From Dipteris shenzhenensis (lineage: Eukaryota), in NCBI GenBank assembly GCA_047967505.1, contig CM106538.1: a stretch of DNA of 64,000 bases, one strand, 5' to 3'. Below are positions 58,520 to 64,000 of this stretch, piece by piece (position 1 is the stretch's first letter; every line of letters starts with the position of its first letter). A program made the position numbers and the translations under genes. Below the pieces are notes generated by a model that saw only the letters and a list, made by a program, of their open reading frames with translations, searched no databases and was not told where the DNA came from.

Positions 58520-60146
58520 AGACTTGACCTTGCATCCAGAGTAGTGGTTGTGAACTACTGTCTGGTTTGTTTGCTCATGTTGATGCAGATCTAGAGGTTG
58601 TATCTCTCAGCTCATGAGACCTATCAGGAACTTCCTTTGAAGTGGGTTAGATGGCACCTTAGATGTTGTAGCCAGGGTGGCTTGGAAGACCCTCATTCTC
58701 CCCACAGGGGAAGGTCTCAATATTATTGATCTGAACTTATAGTGTATGGCCTTGCTCTGCAAATTTGTAGTGAAAGGATTGATGCCTGGACAGGAGCCTT
58801 GGAAATATTTTTCCTTAAACAGCATTCAGTCTTGTACACCTTGTCATGGGGGAGAGTGGAGGGACAGCTCAAGATGGATTTTTACTTCAGCCCGTCTTAG
58901 ATCTTCCTCTTCCCTTCTCATGGCTTCCATTCTGAAAGCTTGGGGCAGCTTTAGAGACACTTTTCGAAAAGTTACACCCTCCTCTCGCGAAGAAACAGAT
59001 AGGCAGTCAGTCATGTGGAATGAATCACTAGGAGTGTCCCATTATATGCAGTGGTCTAGATGGGAGAGGGGACCTGCTTCCATTGTAGGTGCCTGGAAGG
59101 CTTTTAGAAAGCTTCCAGAGGATCATAGACTCTTATCAATTGGCCACCTTAGAGGGAGTGCAGTCAGGATGCAGCAAATAGAGATAGCCATATCAGCAAA
59201 GTGGATAGATACAGATGACATGCCAATCACAGAGTCCACTTGGTTGGGAGCTTTCGCGGGGATGGGTGTTCCTTTACAGGTTATTGCCTTGCGGGATGCA
59301 CATGAGGAGACCCTTGTCTTTGATGTTCAATCGGGAGGCAGACTTCCCAGATCTTCATATGATATTCTTTTGGAAATTTCCTTCCAGCCTGTTAGGATTG
59401 CAGGTTACATGGAGTGGGGCACGGACTCACAGTGGTATCTTGATCCTGACCATGTTCTCCTGGCACTTGGGTGTTGGAGACTCTGGTTATATGGAGGTTC
59501 TCCCATCAGGTTCTTGTAGTGGGACCCAGGGGAGTGGAAATGGATTAGATGAAGGGCACCGAGAGAAGAGCATCCCCTTCTGTCGTTACACAATCAAAAA
59601 TGGAAAGAAAGAAAGAAATAGAGAAAGAAAGAAAGAAAGAAAGAAAGAGATTTCAGCTTAGCTGTAGAGGTTGGAGGCCCTCTAGAGCTCCTCATTGGGA
59701 TAGTTTTCAGATTTCTACAGAGGTGCAGAAAAACTTTTGGAGGAGGCTTTAGAAATCATTCAAAAATAGGAAGATCACTCTCTTCTTTTGGCTTTCTATT
59801 CATGGAGGGATTGTAGTGAACCTGTGGAGATCCAGGTTCGGGGCTGACCCTACTTGTCCTCCATGCCACATAGTAGTTGAGTCAGTTCAGCATTGCCTCT
59901 GGAAGTGCAGACAGGCGAGGACAATCTGGAAGAGTGTTGCTAGGATTCTTTGCATATTTCATAGAGCACCCTTCTTCATGACTTAGGGATCAGTGGCATG
60001 GTTATCTCTTACTGGCCCTTAGGTGTTTTTCGAGGGACATGACTCTGACTCAGCCTTCATTATACAACGACACTCCGTGGAGTCATGCTCTCTCCAAGAT
60101 GTTCCCGTCACTCCTTTCAGAGCTTCTCATGAGCTACAGGAGAGGC
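58520..60146 (+). mobile_element. Decayed L1 ORF2 3' part, related to the 1-3470 element
   Basis: ARVAWKTLILP, ALLCKFVVKGLMPG..W, HGGEW..RWIFTS and the CPPC..ESVQHCLW zf-RVT parallel 2180-3430. Confidence 0.82.
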
Positions 60147-62136
60147 TGTACGGATGGACGGAGAGGCTACGAGAGAGCAAACTGCTATGCTGGAGAGATG
60201 CCTACCCCAACCCGGCATCCTAGGTACCTAATGGAAACACCCCTCTGAATCCAAGTGAATCCTCTGTCAATCCTCCAGTCTAGAGTGTCCTCATAACTAA
60301 TCCAAAAGCCATTGAATTTTGTTACGCTCTAGCTGAGGTAGCATGACCTCGGAAGAATCAGTTGACATTTCCCTTAAAGGATCTATATTTGTAATTAATT
60401 GTTTGCGCTTCATGTAAATGATCGGGAGGGAATTAATGTCAAGGTCCTAGGTGAGGGTTGATAGCACCAGACTAGGTGGATCTAAGGCTAAGGGCTTAAT
60501 GCAAGGAATGTGCCTAGGGGCAAAGGAATTAAAGCATCCCAAGAGAGGGGTGAAATGTTGCATTAGGAAGGCCCTATATGGATGACATGTGGCATCTAGA
60601 TCCATCTAGGGAGATGGGGCTTGTTGAAGCTAGAGAGAGAGGAGAATATGGAATTCACGTATGTTTTTGGATGGAAATTCTCTGTCTGTCTACTCGCTAT
60701 GCTTCAACAAGGTTGGCTGGGAGGAAATTAACGGTGCTGCTCCCGTGATATGCAGTAGGAGATTAGAAGTGGTTTATTACAGTTGGTATCAGAGCTCAAG
60801 GGAAGAGCCCAAGGCTAGGAGTTAGAGAGGGGACGGACGAGCAAATAAAGATACATATGGAGCGATTCGGCTACTGCTGACCTGCGACGGATGGATTTCG
60901 AGCGGTGGTCATCCCGCATTGCCACCACGAAGTTGGACGAACGGGGAGAAGCACAGCGTGAGTTCGAGTTCAGGCCTGAACCGCCCTGGTGGCTGACGAC
61001 GTGCGGTTAATTCCCTGATGGGATCGACGCTGATTGACGATGGACTGTAAGCGTGGAGTGTAGGTGTCGAGTCAACTGCTTGTAACCTGCGACTTGTTCG
61101 ACGAAATCAAGAGAGGGGCTGCCCGTGACGACGGACAGCAGGTGAGAAGCGGAAGGTTGGCAGTGCTCGTGGTCTACGGTGGGCGTAACAGGAGCTCGTG
61201 AGCGGGGAGACCATTCGACACGAATGGCTCGACAGACGAAGGAATGAAGGCTTGGTAGAGCGGAAGAGATGAGGGAGGCCTTCAATGATTCGGCGAAGGT
61301 GACGCAGAACAGCAGAGTTGTATTCAGGATTTGAACACGTAAGCTGTGACTGGAGTGGACGACAGGCTAGGAGCGCAGATGTGACGCAAGACAGCGTGGT
61401 GACTCATGTGCATCTTCGAGGAGATTTGCAACCCGTAGCCAGAGAACATCTCGATCAGACAGCTACACCTTGGCAGACAAAGGAAGAGGCCACGAAATCC
61501 AAGAAGGCTATGACGAAATCGTTGATGACCAGGGAGCTCTCTTTGACCTCCATCAATTTCGTGTTTTTTTTTCCTTGAATTGGTCGGTTGGTGCTCTGCT
61601 TTCATAGACAGGATCTCGTAAGGGATCAGTCTGCATGAGGCTTTGATGTTGTAGCAGGGACAGATTATGCTTGACGTTATGCCTATATGCTGCAGTCAGA
61701 GTGGTTTGCAGGAGCTTCCCTAGGATAGGGAAAAGCGCTGTTTGAGATATATGCCTGTGTCAAATGCCTAGTCAGTGTGAATCTGGGATTGCAGGAATTC
61801 CCTAGTGTAGGGAATTGTGTAAGAGTGTCAGTACATTGAATTGCGTCAGTTTGTAAATATAGTTTTCTAGTGGTGTTTAATTTTTATTTAAAAAAAAAAA
61901 AAAAAACAACACAAAACAAAACAAAACACCCATTGAACTGAATGGAAGCAGAAGAAGGGGCTTCTAGGAGGGATCCTGGTGAATCAGGAGTCCGGCCGAC
62001 CTAGCAGGTGTCGCGCCTAGCAGCTCACACTTTATCTGGCAGGATTGCATTGCTGGAGGATGCCTTGCAACAGTTGTTAGCGTAGCAATTACAGGCCAAT
62101 GCAGAGCAGTCTGAACTTAGGAGAGCGATACACAGT

Positions 62137-63760
62137 ATGTCTGCCAGACCTTCTCGAGAGGAGAAGGGAAAGGCTCCAATGGAACCGGAGTCTAGTGTCC
62201 ATACGGTCGAGCCTAGGAAGGCTAAAGTGCCAAATATTGCCAATTACAGGCCAGAAAAGTATTCTGGTCGGATGAACGACCGTAGTTCCGATGTCGTTGA
62301 GACCTGGTTATACAAATGGGACGAAGCGTTCGCCGTTTGTGAAATTAGGAATGACATCAAGAAGATCCGCGAGGCCACCCACATGTTCAGTGAGGTAGTG
62401 GATCGGTGGTGGATTAAGCAACAAAAAGATGGTATAGCATCCACTACCTGGGAGGGGTTTAAAGGAGAGTTCAGGAAACACTTCTTACCTCTTGACGAAG
62501 CATCCCGAGCTTGGGATCAATATAGAAACCTTCGTCAAAGAAATTTATCGGTGGCAGAATACACTGATAAGTTTCGAGAGAGTGTAATGAAGGTTGACGA
62601 ACCCCTGCCTCAATCAATCCAAGTGAAAGATTTCATATTTGGATTGAATGATCGAATAAAAATGGAAGTTCGGGCTAAGTACACGAACACATTAGATGAT
62701 GCAATAGCTATAGCCCTGAACTATGAAGATGCCAAGGGCAGTAGGCCAAGTGGGTTTGCACAGGTCGGAACCCAGTATGGGTATCCGAAGAAATCTGGGT
62801 TTAAAAAGAAATGGATTAGTAAAGGGAGTGGTTCTCAGCCGAGTGGTCAAGCCAAGCAGGCGAAACTGGCTGAAACTCCTAAACCAAGTACTACCATTGG
62901 AGTGAAGAGGAAAGTAACCCCAATGGCAGCCCGGGCTTGGTCTAAGTCTCCCTTAAACCCAGAACAAAGGGAAAAAGCGAGGAGAGAAGGCTTATGTTTT
63001 GGTTGCCTTCAGCCTCATCAGTGGAAGGATTGTCCACGTAACAAAGATCGTCGGATGGCTGAGATGGTGATCTCAGAGTGCGACGTGGAGATGGAGGGAA
63101 GTCCCAGAGCAGAAGAGATGCAGATTCAGCTAGTGGGATCTTCTCAGAGGTTAGTACCTTGTTTGTTATGTGTGTTTGTTGCTAAGCTAGTGACGAGTGC
63201 ACCTGATAACATCCTATCTAAGCCCGCAGCAACGGGGTATACAGCCTTTAATGATACGGAGTTAATCAAAATGAAAGGGAGAGTGGCCAATCATGATGTC
63301 ATTGTGTTGTTTGACTCGGCGTCAACTCACAATGTGATCAACTCCAAGCTCGTGAAGAGGCTGAAATTAAAGACAAGTCCATCTGACTATGTGTATACAG
63401 TCAGGATGGCAGATGGAAGTTCAACTGAAGCATGGGACCAAAGGGTTACCCAGTTGGAGCTTCGGATTCAGGACTATGCTAATCAAAATGAAAGGGCGAG
63501 TGGCCAATCATGATGTCATTGTGTTGTTTGACTCGGCGTCAACTCACAATGTGATCAACTCCAAGCTCGTGAAAAGGCTGAAATTAAAGACAAGTCCATC
63601 TGACTATGCGTATACAGTCAGGATGGCAGATGGAAGTTCAACTGAAGCATGGGACCAAAGGGTTACCCAGTTGGAGCTTCGGATTCAGGACTATGCTGAG
63701 AAGCTTGATTTTGAAATTACCAAGCTTGCTCATACAGATATAGCCCTGGGTATGGCATGA
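62137..63760 (+). pseudogene. Gypsy Gag-protease, frameshifted by a duplication
   Basis: TWEGFKGEFRKHF, LRQ..SVAEY..F, FIFGL, the CFGCLQPHQWKDC knuckle and the VLFDSASTHNVI protease motif. Stop at 63758-63760. Confidence 0.85.
63264..63697 (+). repeat. 217-bp tandem duplication of the protease region
   Basis: AATCAAAATGAAAGGG..GGACTATGCT at 63264-63480 and 63481-63697; 3 substitutions seen. Confidence 0.95.
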
Positions 63761-64000
63761 CATTCTAAGAAGAATCCAGCCATTGATTGGCAAAAGCACG
63801 TATATCAATTTAAGATGAATGATGTGCTTTATGTCTTGCGAGGTGAGAAAGATGTACCTCAGGGACCGTTGGTTTCCGTGATGGAAATCCGAAAAGCTCA
63901 AAAAGAGTTTTTATTCCTTTGCACAGCATTGGTAGAGCCGGTTGATGATTCTTCGGCTAGCACTGATGTTACACAAAGTGGTGAGATGGCCAAGCTGGCT

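Larger units (their letters stand above)
60147..64000 (+). mobile_element. Ty3/Gypsy element, 5' part (LTR ~60147-60781, PBS, gag-protease)
   Basis: The LTR ends ..TATTACA, then PBS TGGTATCAGAGC at 60784. The LTR start TGTA at 60147 is inferred. Gag and protease follow. Confidence 0.85.

Overview
Eukaryotic, land-plant nuclear DNA. The retroelement mix and the TE-filled long introns suggest a large-genome fern, lycophyte or gymnosperm, but that is inference. One host gene is supported: the 5' part (8 coding exons, 35176-57784, + strand, ~433 codons) of an ABCA-subfamily ABC transporter, with a 17.5-kb sixth intron packed with nested elements. The rest is mostly retroelement: decayed L1 LINEs, Ty1/Copia elements (one complete with TSD), Ty3/Gypsy remnants, solo LTRs, RTEX-like LINEs and decayed receptor-kinase remnants. 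Four things stand out: (1) a Penelope-like RT remnant with no visible GIY-YIG endonuclease; (2) a 6.3-kb gag-only LTR element with apparently identical 1534-bp LTRs, an intact 700-aa Gag plus acidic ORF and a separate upstream zinc-knuckle ORF; (3) poly(A) retrocopies that repeatedly abut (TG)n microsatellites, including an empty/filled site pair inside a ~1.2-kb inverted duplication; (4) RTEX-like 3' ends sharing a stem-loop and (CTTT)n tail, one attached directly to an ORF1-like fragment. All alignments were done by eye and no database search was run.
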